The notes under the pieces were generated by a model. That model was not told the origin of the DNA. It did not search any database and saw nothing but the letters and a program-made list of their open reading frames with translations. From Bacilli bacterium (GTDB lineage: Bacteria > Bacillota_I > Bacilli_A > RF39 > UBA660), in the NCBI GenBank assembly GCA_017398945.1, contig JAFQES010000027.1, forward strand, positions 771-64,770: a stretch of 64,000 nt of DNA, in the 5' to 3' direction. A program made the position numbers and the translations under genes. Positions 1 to 7,995 of this stretch are shown here, piece by piece (within the stretch, counting starts at the first letter, position 1; each line of letters starts with the position of its first letter).

Positions 1-1522
1 GGTTATTTGTATAACAGTACTTTGGCAAAAAAGCCTCTGAATTAAAAAACATATCAAATTTATCCAACGTCATTTTTAAAGTTCTTTTTCTATTTTTATA
101 AATATCAGCCAACTCAATTATAATTTCTCCGCTTTTAACAGAAAAGTTTACATTAACATTTCCGTGAGCAAGAGCATTTCTAATGCTATCTAAAACCACA
201 AATTTAATAGCAGAATCATAATCTAATCCCTTTTTATTAATAACTTTCTTAATAGATTCTCTTAAATCAATTAGCGTCATATCTTCATTATCTATTAAAG
301 TATTAAAATAAATATTATCATCAAATTCCAAATTAATTTTTTCATAATCTATATCACTAAAAGTTTTATTTTGTACTCTATAAATAACCAAATATGCTTT
401 TAAAATGGAAAGTGATGCCATCATTCCTAAATTATAAGATTTATCGTAAACAAAATCTTCCACATTTGGTATAAAATTTTTATCACCAATTTTTAATATT
501 AATTTAAATAAATGAACTAGATTAGAACTAATTTGTCTTTTATTTTCATATACTATTTCTAGATAATATCTTATAATCTTTGATTGTTGAAAAAAATCCA
601 AATTATAAAAATCGAAGCCATATCTTCTCTCAATATCCAGCACAATTATATGAATAATTTCGTTTGAAAGCTTAAAAAAATTAACCCCTTCAAGCTTTAC
701 ACCATCGTCCGTTTTCTTAGTAAAAACCTCTTTCAAATAACTATAAATATTGGAGTTTTCAAGGCAATTATTTATTAAGCTCGTGCCAAAGAAATTATTT
801 CCATCGTAATTATTTACCTTAGAATTAACATCCCACACAAGAAATCTTCTCATAAAATTTATTAGTTTATCTTGATTATCCATAGGCACAAATTCTTCAA
901 TATTTGAAATTGTTTCTACCATATAAATATAAGTTTTTTCTGACAACCCCATTGAAGGAACATTGCTAAAATATGACAATATAAATTGATAAAAATTAAA
1001 ATTCAAAATAATTGCTTCATAATTGGATTTAATTTTTAAATGAGTCAACGCAACTAAGTTTGAGCCATTATCATCTAACGTAAAATCGCTATGTAACAAA
1101 CTATTTCTCACTTGACGAAAAATAGTTTTATCATTATTATTTTCATCAAAATTTTTTATAATGCTTAACCAAGAGTCAAACATACTTGGTTGTCTATTCA
1201 TACTTTTAAAATAATTAACAGCTTTTCGGTCTGCATTAGACATAAGAACTTTTGATAAATCAGCAACAACAGATTCATTATATGAATCAACAATACCTGC
1301 CTTATCAATACTTTCTTTATTAATACCTAAAATTGCTACCAGAATCATTAATAACAAAGCATTTTTTTGTTCAAATAATCTTTTCTCTGCAATAGAACTA
1401 TCAACTTTTTGATTTTCCCAAAATAGTTCCGTCCCTTTAGTATCAACGCCACTTTTATAAACTACCAATAATTCTTCTAATAAATTAAATGCTCTTCTAT
1501 AAAATTTTTCTTCTGCAGTCAT
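1..1522 (-). CDS. Hypothetical protein with two HEPN-type Rx4H motifs. The N-terminus is complete and the C-terminus lies beyond the window start.
   Basis: Absent from the supplied track because no stop codon lies inside the window. I checked all 507 codons from the ATG (1522..1520) down to position 2 and found no stop. The translation begins MTAEEKFYRRAFNLLEEL. It contains FRQVRNSLLHSDF (R at 1106-1108, H at 1091-1093) and LDSIRNALAHGNVN (R at 179-181, H at 164-166). Confidence 0.6.
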   Translation of the reverse strand, partial: MTAEEKFYRRAFNLLEELLVVYKSGVDTKGTELFWENQKVDSSIAEKRLFEQKNALLLMILVAILGINKESIDKAGIVDSYNESVVADLSKVLMSNADRKAVNYFKSMNRQPSMFDSWLSIIKNFDENNNDKTIFRQVRNSLLHSDFTLDDNGSNLVALTHLKIKSNYEAIILNFNFYQFILSYFSNVPSMGLSEKTYIYMVETISNIEEFVPMDNQDKLINFMRRFLVWDVNSKVNNYDGNNFFGTSLINNCLENSNIYSYLKEVFTKKTDDGVKLEGVNFFKLSNEIIHIIVLDIERRYGFDFYNLDFFQQSKIIRYYLEIVYENKRQISSNLVHLFKLILKIGDKNFIPNVEDFVYDKSYNLGMMASLSILKAYLVIYRVQNKTFSDIDYEKINLEFDDNIYFNTLIDNEDMTLIDLRESIKKVINKKGLDYDSAIKFVVLDSIRNALAHGNVNVNFSVKSGEIIIELADIYKNRKRTLKMTLDKFDMFFNSEAFLPKYCYTNN

Positions 1523-1578
1523 GATTATCCCCTAATTTCATATTTAATTATGTTATCTTAAATTTTATACTTTTGTCA

Positions 1579-1599
1579 ACAAAAAAACCCATAAGGGTT
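1579..1599 (-). terminator. Rho-independent terminator after the amidase gene
   Basis: On the minus strand the hairpin AACCC-ttat-GGGTT overlaps the stop codon and is followed by a run of 7 T. Confidence 0.5.
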
Positions 1600-2546
1600 A
1601 TTTTTTAGGAACTAATAGTTTTTGTCCAATACTTAGTACACTTGTTGATAAGTTATTAGTATTTATAAGATTACTAACAGTTGTACCATAAATTCTAGCT
1701 ATATTATATAAAGTATCGCCACTTTTTACTGTATATGTTTCTAAATCAGATTCTTTACCGGTTGGGATTTTTAATACTTGACCTATTGATAATAAATTAG
1801 ATGTAAGTCCATTAGCTTGCTTTAATTCGTTTACTGAAACACCATACAACTTACTAATAGCATATAAGTTATCGCCGTTTTTTACGATATATTGGTTTGT
1901 AGAATCATCTTGTTGCGGACTTTTAGAAATATACAACACCTGACCTATTGATAAATTATTGGATGTTAGATTATTAAGTTTTTTCAAGTTATCAACAGTA
2001 GTATTATAATTAGCTGCTATTTTATATAAAGTGTCGCCACTTTTTACTGTATAGGTTATATCTTCTCCTTCGGTAACATTTGTTTCTCCAGTTGGTAAAT
2101 ATAGAACTTGACCTATAGATAAGGAATTGGAAGTTAAATTATTTAATTCTTTTAATTCATTTACAGAAGTATTATACTTTTTAGCAAGATTCCATAAAGT
2201 ATCGCCACTTTTAACTACATGCACTTTAGCATCAGTACTTGGAACATAACTAACACCTAAGTATTGGGCAACGGCACTAACTACTGCCTCAGCATATTTT
2301 CGCCAATTATTTTTTAAATCTTCTGCATCAGAAGCATTATCTGCAAATCCATACTCAACTATGATACTCTCATTATTTGCTGTATCTCTTAAAATAAAGT
2401 AATAATCTTGAGCAGGATCACTTGGTAATCTTCTCTGATAATACTTACGGACAGTCTGGCCAGCTTTTTCTAACTCAGAAGCTATCATTCTTGATAAAGT
2501 ACTATTATTACGTAATGCATAGATTACTTCCGCACCTTCGCCGCCT
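1598..2546 (-). pseudogene. 3' segment of a split N-acetylmuramoyl-L-alanine amidase gene (end of the Amidase_3 domain plus four LysM repeats)
   Basis: Track ORF 1598..2488. The same frame stays open upstream to 2546 and reads GGEGAEVIYALRNNSTLSR-MIASELEKAGQ. There are four repeats of the type YTVKSGDTLYxIAxxYxxxVxxLxxLNNLxSNxLSIGQxL (LysM). There is no start codon context or RBS for the complete domain. Confidence 0.8.
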
Positions 2547-2562
2547 GGTGATAGTCATTGTG
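2538..2562. repeat. Element/host junction on the C-terminal side of the amidase gene (att-like)
   Basis: The plus strand reads tcgccgcct (2538-2546, one copy of a 9-nt direct repeat) followed by ggtgatagtcattgtg (2547-2562). The latter is inverted relative to 13851-13866. Confidence 0.7.
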
Positions 2563-2570
2563 TGGTTAAT

Positions 2571-3350
2571 TTATGGAACTACAGTGTAAGTTATAGTTAT
2601 TAAACCATCATAATCTTTATACAAATGATATTCTGCATCTGACTTATAATATAATGTTTTATGAATTTTACCATATTGTTTATCTTCAATTTTTATTTTA
2701 AAATGATTACTACTTGTCCATTCACCTTTTGACACACAATAACCATCTGATAATTTATATAATAATTTTTGAGTATTTGGAGCAATTATATAAACAGAAA
2801 TTTCTATCTCATCTCCATATCTAAATAGTTCTTTTAAATGTGCTGATTTATTTTTATAAATTTTACCATTTATATTAATAGAATCATATTCAGGAAAATA
2901 AGTGGACTTTTTTTCTATATCGCCTCTAAATTTCATAATTCCATTTTTTATATCACCAATATATCCAACTAATAGGTGTTTCTGGTAATCTAATAAATCT
3001 CTATTATGTGCATTCGGATTTCTAAAACTTTCTAATTGTGATAATTGATGTTCAATTATTTTTTTCTCACCAAAACAATTTTTAAATATATCCCAATTCT
3101 TTATTATAATTGTTTTTAAATCATAAAAATCAGAATAATAAATTTTTCTATTTTCAATTGATTGTCCTTTTAATCTTTTTCCTTCCTCTAACATTCTGTT
3201 ATTCCAAACTTCTAATCGTTCTTCCGTTACTCCTAAATGTTTTTCCCAATCATTACCATATTGATTTTTTAATATATACATAATATTATTTCGTAAAAAA
3301 TTTTCTATATCTCTCAATGATTTATCAACATCTATTTTTTCTTCAACCAT
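2571..3350 (-). CDS. Swt1-like HEPN domain protein with a beta-rich C-terminal domain of unknown function
   Basis: 259 aa. Motif LSQLESFRNPNAHNRDLLDYQ (R-x4-H) preceded by DWEKHLG and the YYSDFYDLKTII pattern typical of Swt1-type HEPN. Last gene of the AbiEi-like operon. Confidence 0.6.
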   Translation of the reverse strand: MVEEKIDVDKSLRDIENFLRNNIMYILKNQYGNDWEKHLGVTEERLEVWNNRMLEEGKRLKGQSIENRKIYYSDFYDLKTIIIKNWDIFKNCFGEKKIIEHQLSQLESFRNPNAHNRDLLDYQKHLLVGYIGDIKNGIMKFRGDIEKKSTYFPEYDSININGKIYKNKSAHLKELFRYGDEIEISVYIIAPNTQKLLYKLSDGYCVSKGEWTSSNHFKIKIEDKQYGKIHKTLYYKSDAEYHLYKDYDGLITITYTVVP

Positions 3351-3385
3351 AGCTTCCTCCTAATACATGTTTTCTAGTACAATAT

Positions 3386-4240
3386 TTACTTTGACGTTTC
3401 TATTTGTTTTTTATCTTTATATTCATAATTTAATCTATTTTGTTTAGTTACAATAGACTCCCCTAGATTTCTTTCTATATCTTCTCTTGCAACTTTTGCT
3501 GCATGTCCACCCATTTTAGCAACTTCTTTATTTTGTTCTAAACCTTGTGGTCTATGTTTTTCAGCAAGTCTTTTTGTAGTTTCTTCTGACAAATCAGTTA
3601 ATATTATTTCAATGTTATCCATATTATCTCTTAATGACTCTTTACGAAGACCTTTATATTGTTTATATTCTTTAGCTGTCATACCAGACCATTCTTTATA
3701 GATTTCATTAGTTAGTATAGCATATTCTTTACCTTCAGTTATACCATTTTCTTGCCAAATATCAGTTAATTCTTTTCTATCTTGAATACCTTTTAACCTT
3801 TTAGCAATCCATTTTTCATCATAACCTTTAGCACGATATATATCTATTGCCCTTTGAGCAGCAAGTGATGGGTCAAATACCTCGTCTATTCTTTCACTTC
3901 CTAATTTAGCTAACCATTGCTTTATTGGTTCTGCATTTTTACTAGGGATAGACTCAATTATTCTAAACATTCCTTCAATATCAACAACATCTGTTAATCT
4001 ATATTTACCATCCCCTGCTTTTAATTTCAACTGGTGACAATTTGTCACCGTTTCATTACCTTCTTCTTTTAATCGTTGTTTTAATTTATTCCAATATTTT
4101 CTACCATCTTTACTTTCTGATATTACTCCAACTATATCAACAACACTAATATAATATTTTTCTTCTTCTTTGTCCCACACAGTTCTTATTGTTTCATTAT
4201 TAAAAATTTTATTAATTAAATGCATTTTATCCTGATTCAT
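3386..4240 (-). CDS. Bro-N domain / DinD-like (DNA-damage-inducible protein D-like) protein
   Basis: 284 aa. The N-terminus FNNETIRTVWDKEEEKYYISVVDIVGVI is Bro-N-like. The remainder resembles DinD/antirepressor-type proteins as far as I recall them. Confidence 0.5.
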   Translation of the reverse strand: MNQDKMHLINKIFNNETIRTVWDKEEEKYYISVVDIVGVISESKDGRKYWNKLKQRLKEEGNETVTNCHQLKLKAGDGKYRLTDVVDIEGMFRIIESIPSKNAEPIKQWLAKLGSERIDEVFDPSLAAQRAIDIYRAKGYDEKWIAKRLKGIQDRKELTDIWQENGITEGKEYAILTNEIYKEWSGMTAKEYKQYKGLRKESLRDNMDNIEIILTDLSEETTKRLAEKHRPQGLEQNKEVAKMGGHAAKVAREDIERNLGESIVTKQNRLNYEYKDKKQIETSK

Positions 4241-4250
4241 TTATAACCTC

Positions 4251-4466
4251 CTACATCATTTCAAATTCAGATAATTCTATTATATCTTCAAGATTTCCTA
4301 CTCTTCTAAGATAATCTAAACCACCATCAACAGCTATACTTTTACAAGAACACCATTTAAAATCATGAACATGTTTTGACTCAATAATATCTTTACATTT
4401 TTTGCATTGTATTTTATTTACTAATATCTTTTTATCAGATAAATCCTTTGTTTTTTCACTACTCAT
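4251..4466 (-). CDS. Small zinc-ribbon protein
   Basis: 71 aa with CKKC...H.HDFKWCSC. Its start overlaps the stop of the upstream AbiEi-like gene by 8 nt, which suggests translational coupling. Confidence 0.5.
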   Translation of the reverse strand: MSSEKTKDLSDKKILVNKIQCKKCKDIIESKHVHDFKWCSCKSIAVDGGLDYLRRVGNLEDIIELSEFEMM

Positions 4467-5085
4467 ACATCATACCTACATAATCCATTACAACTTCTTT
4501 AATACCTAATTTTTCTGCATACAAAGATAGTTTAACAAGATCTTTATCCTTTCTTTTTATATATTCTTTAACACTATGTTTAATAAGTTCTAAATCCATT
4601 CTATTTTTAGATCTAATGATATCACATATACATCTTTCTATATCATATACTTTTACTTTATTACCCATAGGTGTTTCTATTTCAGTAAGACCCAGTTCAT
4701 AAATATCATTATCAACATAAAAGACATTATGCTTTCTTAAATGAACACTATTATAACTTCTTTTTACCGTTATATCATATACATTATTTGGAGCTTTTAT
4801 AGATAAACCATGAAAATATAAAGCTGTCATATGAGAATAGATTACATTCGGCATACTTAACCCAAAAACATAATAATTATCTTCAATTTTATTTGTATCA
4901 ATATAAATACCGGATGCTACTTTTTCTATAATCCCTTTTCCCTGCATAATCGAAAGATACATTCTATGTATATCAAACATATCAAGTTCTTTTGAAGTAA
5001 TATATCCATTATTGTTTTTCATAAGTTCTTCAATAATTTCAATATTACTTTTATCTTGAAACTCTTTTATAGTTAATTTTTCCAT
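4459..5085 (-). CDS. AbiEi-family antitoxin-like transcriptional regulator
   Basis: 208 aa. NGYITSKELDMFDIHRMYLSIMQGKGIIEKVASGIYI (wHTH), IYSHMTALYFHGLS and VYDIERCICDIIR match the AbiEi pattern. Confidence 0.7.
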   Translation of the reverse strand: MEKLTIKEFQDKSNIEIIEELMKNNNGYITSKELDMFDIHRMYLSIMQGKGIIEKVASGIYIDTNKIEDNYYVFGLSMPNVIYSHMTALYFHGLSIKAPNNVYDITVKRSYNSVHLRKHNVFYVDNDIYELGLTEIETPMGNKVKVYDIERCICDIIRSKNRMDLELIKHSVKEYIKRKDKDLVKLSLYAEKLGIKEVVMDYVGMMYE

Positions 5086-5114
5086 ATCATACCTCTTTTG
5101 ACTTTTCTACTGAA

Positions 5115-5142
5115 ATTATACCATAATCAGTAATTTTGTCAA
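5115..5142 (-). promoter_or_regulatory. Sigma-A type promoter of the AbiEi-like operon
   Basis: The minus strand reads TTGACA (5142-5137), a 16-nt spacer ending in TGG, then TATAAT (5120-5115), an extended -10. It lies about 30 nt upstream of the ATG at 5085. Confidence 0.6.
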
Positions 5143-5166
5143 GTGATTTAGTAGCATTTATTTATT

Positions 5167-5503
5167 CTCGACAGCTTGTCGGGATTTTTAACTTCGTGCC
5201 AACTTAGCACGAAGTAATATTAATATAAGTGTTGCAACTTCTGACCAAGTTGAACACAAGTTAAAACCTAACTTGTGGCCACGTCGTCCACAAGTAAATT
5301 TAACCTTGTAGCAATTTGCGACGAAGTTATAACTTCCGACCATGCTGGTCGGAGGTTGACTTCGTATCTAATCGGTATGAAGTTAATTAGCTTCTGCACA
5401 AAGTGTGCTGAAGTACTTTTATTTTTAACTTCTACACAGAGTGTGTCGAAGTTAAACTTCCCGACAGACTGTCGCGAAGTTAAATTTGTGATATATACAA
5501 GTT
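5167..5503 (+). repeat. Tandem array of about 11 imperfect hairpins with a conserved stem base (ACTTC...GAAGT) and covarying upper stems. It may be a structured ncRNA.
   Basis: Units at 5167-5183, 5191-5215, 5237-5261 (weak), 5271-5295, 5302-5328, 5331-5357, 5359-5383, 5391-5413, 5427-5453, 5455-5481 and 5483-5503. Upper stems differ but stay complementary (GTGC/GCAC, TGTGG/CCACA, CGACC/GGTCG, TGCAC/GTGCT, TACACA/TGTGT, CCGACAG/CTGTCG). Confidence 0.6.
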
Positions 5504-5518
5504 TTAATTTTATGTACT

Positions 5519-5545
5519 ATTCTGTGCATATTGCACAGAATTTTT
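5519..5545 (+). terminator. Rho-independent terminator on the + strand, closing the hairpin array
   Basis: Perfect 10-bp stem attctgtgca / tgcacagaat with a 3-nt loop, followed by TTTT(T) on the + strand. No T-run follows it on the minus strand. Confidence 0.6.
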
Positions 5546-7118
5546 AAATCATGAATCTATAGAAAATTTCAATATTCTTATCTTTATCAATTTCAATTTT
5601 ATCAATTAATGTTTGTAAAAGTTCTCTAGTAGGTTTCTTTATATCAATTAATTTTCTTATTTTCTTTTCGTATTCTTCTAATTCTTTGGTTTTAATATTT
5701 TCTTTTTTAGTATTTTTATACTTTTCTAAATCCAACTGAGCTTTATTTAAAAGCCTTTCCGTTTCCTGAGATAATCTTTTATAAGTAACATCTGATATAT
5801 TACCTCTAAATTTATCTTCATATAACATATCTATTTTTGATATATATTCTTTTATCTTATTTTCTAAATATCTTATCTTTTCTTTATTATCTTCCTTTTT
5901 ACTATTTTTATCTGCTATTTCTTTTGATAATAACTTAGAATCAATCTGCTTAATATAATTTTTACAAGTTGTTCTTACTACTTCAAGTAATGCCTCTTCT
6001 AATTTATCATAAGGCATAAAATGTGGTTCACATAATCTTCTTCTTGGATCTCTTGCATATTTATTACAATTAATAGTCCAATAATCGTGATTCTTTCGGT
6101 AAGTAATAGTTAATGCATTTCCACATTCTTTACAAAATAGCAAATTTTCAAATAATCTTTTTTCTCTATTACTAACACTTACATTAGTTCTTTTAACATT
6201 ACCTTGTATTCTTTCAAAAGTTAATTTATCAACTAATGGTTCATGTGTTCCAGGAACTATGTCCCAATTACTTTTTGGAAGAGCTTTTTTCTTTTTAGAT
6301 TTATAATTTACTTTAGTCTGAGTACTTTGAACCATATCACCTGTATACATTCTATTTTTTAGTATCTTCTTAACTGATGATATAGTCCATTGTTCGTTAT
6401 ATCTCATTTTAGAATTAGGATTTTTTCGTTTTAAACTACTTGGTGTTTTAATTTTATTATCATTTAAATATGAAGTTATATCAGATAATCCAACACCATT
6501 AGCAGCCATTTCAAATATTTTTTTAACTACTGGCGCATATTCTGGGTCTGGTATTAAATGTCCTTTTTCTTCTGGGTCTTTCATATATCCATAACTTGGA
6601 TTACTTCCAATAAACTTTCCTTTCTTTCTTTTATCATTTAAAACACTTCTAATTTTAATAGAGTTTTGCCTACTATAATAATCATTACAAGCAATTATAA
6701 ATGTTGATGAATCATTACTTGCTTGATTAATTGCACTATCATAGTTTTCTTGTAATGATATAAATCTTATATTATTTTCTGGAAAAAAGTTTTCAATATA
6801 ATATCCTGTCATAACATGATCTCTACCTAATCTTGATAAATCTTTTACTATAACTAAATTTACCATTTTATTTTTTATATCTTCAATCATTTTAGTAAAT
6901 CCAGGTCTTTCAAAATTAGTACCAGAATATCCATCATCAACATATTCTCCAACAAATATAAATCCTTTTTCTTTTACAAAGTTCATTAATAAATTTCTTT
7001 GATTAGTAATACTTTCACTTTCCGATTCATAAGATTTTCCTTCATCTGCTTCAGATAATCTTATATATATGACCGCTCTATAAATATTATTTGGCATTTG
7101 CATTAAACCGTTATACAT
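5544..7118 (-). CDS. Large serine recombinase
   Basis: 524 aa. The N-terminal resolvase domain has AVIYIRLSEADE (catalytic Ser) and VIVKDLSRLGRD. There is a recombinase domain, a zinc ribbon (CKECGNAL...NCNKY...C) and a long C-terminal coiled coil. Confidence 0.9.
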   Translation of the reverse strand: MYNGLMQMPNNIYRAVIYIRLSEADEGKSYESESESITNQRNLLMNFVKEKGFIFVGEYVDDGYSGTNFERPGFTKMIEDIKNKMVNLVIVKDLSRLGRDHVMTGYYIENFFPENNIRFISLQENYDSAINQASNDSSTFIIACNDYYSRQNSIKIRSVLNDKRKKGKFIGSNPSYGYMKDPEEKGHLIPDPEYAPVVKKIFEMAANGVGLSDITSYLNDNKIKTPSSLKRKNPNSKMRYNEQWTISSVKKILKNRMYTGDMVQSTQTKVNYKSKKKKALPKSNWDIVPGTHEPLVDKLTFERIQGNVKRTNVSVSNREKRLFENLLFCKECGNALTITYRKNHDYWTINCNKYARDPRRRLCEPHFMPYDKLEEALLEVVRTTCKNYIKQIDSKLLSKEIADKNSKKEDNKEKIRYLENKIKEYISKIDMLYEDKFRGNISDVTYKRLSQETERLLNKAQLDLEKYKNTKKENIKTKELEEYEKKIRKLIDIKKPTRELLQTLIDKIEIDKDKNIEIFYRFMI

Positions 7119-7195
7119 TTACTACTCCTTTCTTTTTTGTATAACAATCAAAGCCATTTAAAGTATAATACTTTATTTTCATAATTACGAATGTG

Positions 7196-7294
7196 CTAAT
7201 TTTTAATTAGTACACTTTTTATATATTTATTTAACAAATCCACCAAATTAAGAGCATTATCATCTTTTCTAAAAGTTTCCGTAATTTTAAACAT
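7196..7294 (-). CDS. Possible 32-aa ORF upstream of the recombinase
   Basis: My own translation gives MFKITETFRKDDNALNLVDLLNKYIKSVLIKN, preceded by GAGGTGG. It is too short to be sure. Confidence 0.2.
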   Translation of the reverse strand: MFKITETFRKDDNALNLVDLLNKYIKSVLIKN

Positions 7295-7339
7295 AAGCCA
7301 CCTCATAAAATTTTATGAGTGTCTTTTTCATTTTATTTC

Positions 7340-7855
7340 TTATTCCTCCTCGTATATATCACTTAATAATTTTTTTAATTCTTCTTGTTCTTCAATAGTT
7401 GCTTCATTTTTAGGTATTAACTTACCATGCCAGTATTCATTACCATCTTCATCTTTATAATAAATACTATCTTCTTTTTTATTTAATTTATTATTATATT
7501 GTTTAAAGTTTAGTTTATAGCCTGTATTAAAATTATCTTTAATACTTTTTAATTTTAAATTTAAGACTTCTGATAATTTAATTATACGCTTAGAATTATT
7601 TGTACTCGTATTATCGTATTCAGTCTTAATATAACCAAAGGTGGCTAAATTACTTATACTTTTTGATATAGTTACCTGTGTTACATTATAAATATCACAA
7701 AAATATCTATTAGTAGCCCAACAATAACCATTTTTCTTACAAAGACTTATTATATGAATTAATAATAATCTTTCTAAAAATGTTAATCTATCATCTCTTA
7801 GTATGGATTTTAAAATAAATACATTTATGAATTCTTCTTTATCCATAATAATCAA
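7340..7855 (-). CDS. Winged-helix/HTH protein (phage or plasmid replication- or regulator-like)
   Basis: 171 aa. YCWATNRYFCDIYNVTQVTISKSISNLATFGYIK is a typical HTH segment. Confidence 0.5.
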   Translation of the reverse strand: MIIMDKEEFINVFILKSILRDDRLTFLERLLLIHIISLCKKNGYCWATNRYFCDIYNVTQVTISKSISNLATFGYIKTEYDNTSTNNSKRIIKLSEVLNLKLKSIKDNFNTGYKLNFKQYNNKLNKKEDSIYYKDEDGNEYWHGKLIPKNEATIEEQEELKKLLSDIYEEE

Positions 7856-7949
7856 TATATAAGATATATCTTGAGATAATAAAAGTGCACTTTTAAATAT
7901 TATTTTCCCTAGGTGCTTTCATCTTATAACAAATTAAAATAAAAAGAAA

Positions 7950-7988
7950 TTGTACAAAACATACAAAAGGAGTACATTTCTGTACTCC
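7950..7988 (-). terminator. Rho-independent terminator after the RloC-like gene
   Basis: The minus strand reads GGAGTACA-gaaa-TGTACTCC (7988-7969), followed by TTTTGTATGTTTTG. Confidence 0.6.
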
Positions 7989-7995
7989 CATAATT

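Noticed and set aside
5167-5503. Possible CRISPR array
   Set aside because: There is no constant direct repeat separated by unique spacers. Each unit is itself an inverted repeat with a variable interior, unit spacing is irregular (28-47 bp), and no cas genes are present in the window.
5275-5547. Supplied 90-aa + strand ORF between the AbiEi-like gene and the recombinase
   Set aside because: It reads straight through the tandem hairpins. Its odd composition (runs of Ser/Cys/Thr/Leu) is what palindromic DNA yields when translated. It has no RBS before the ATG and ends in the terminator hairpin. The region is better explained as a structured non-coding array.
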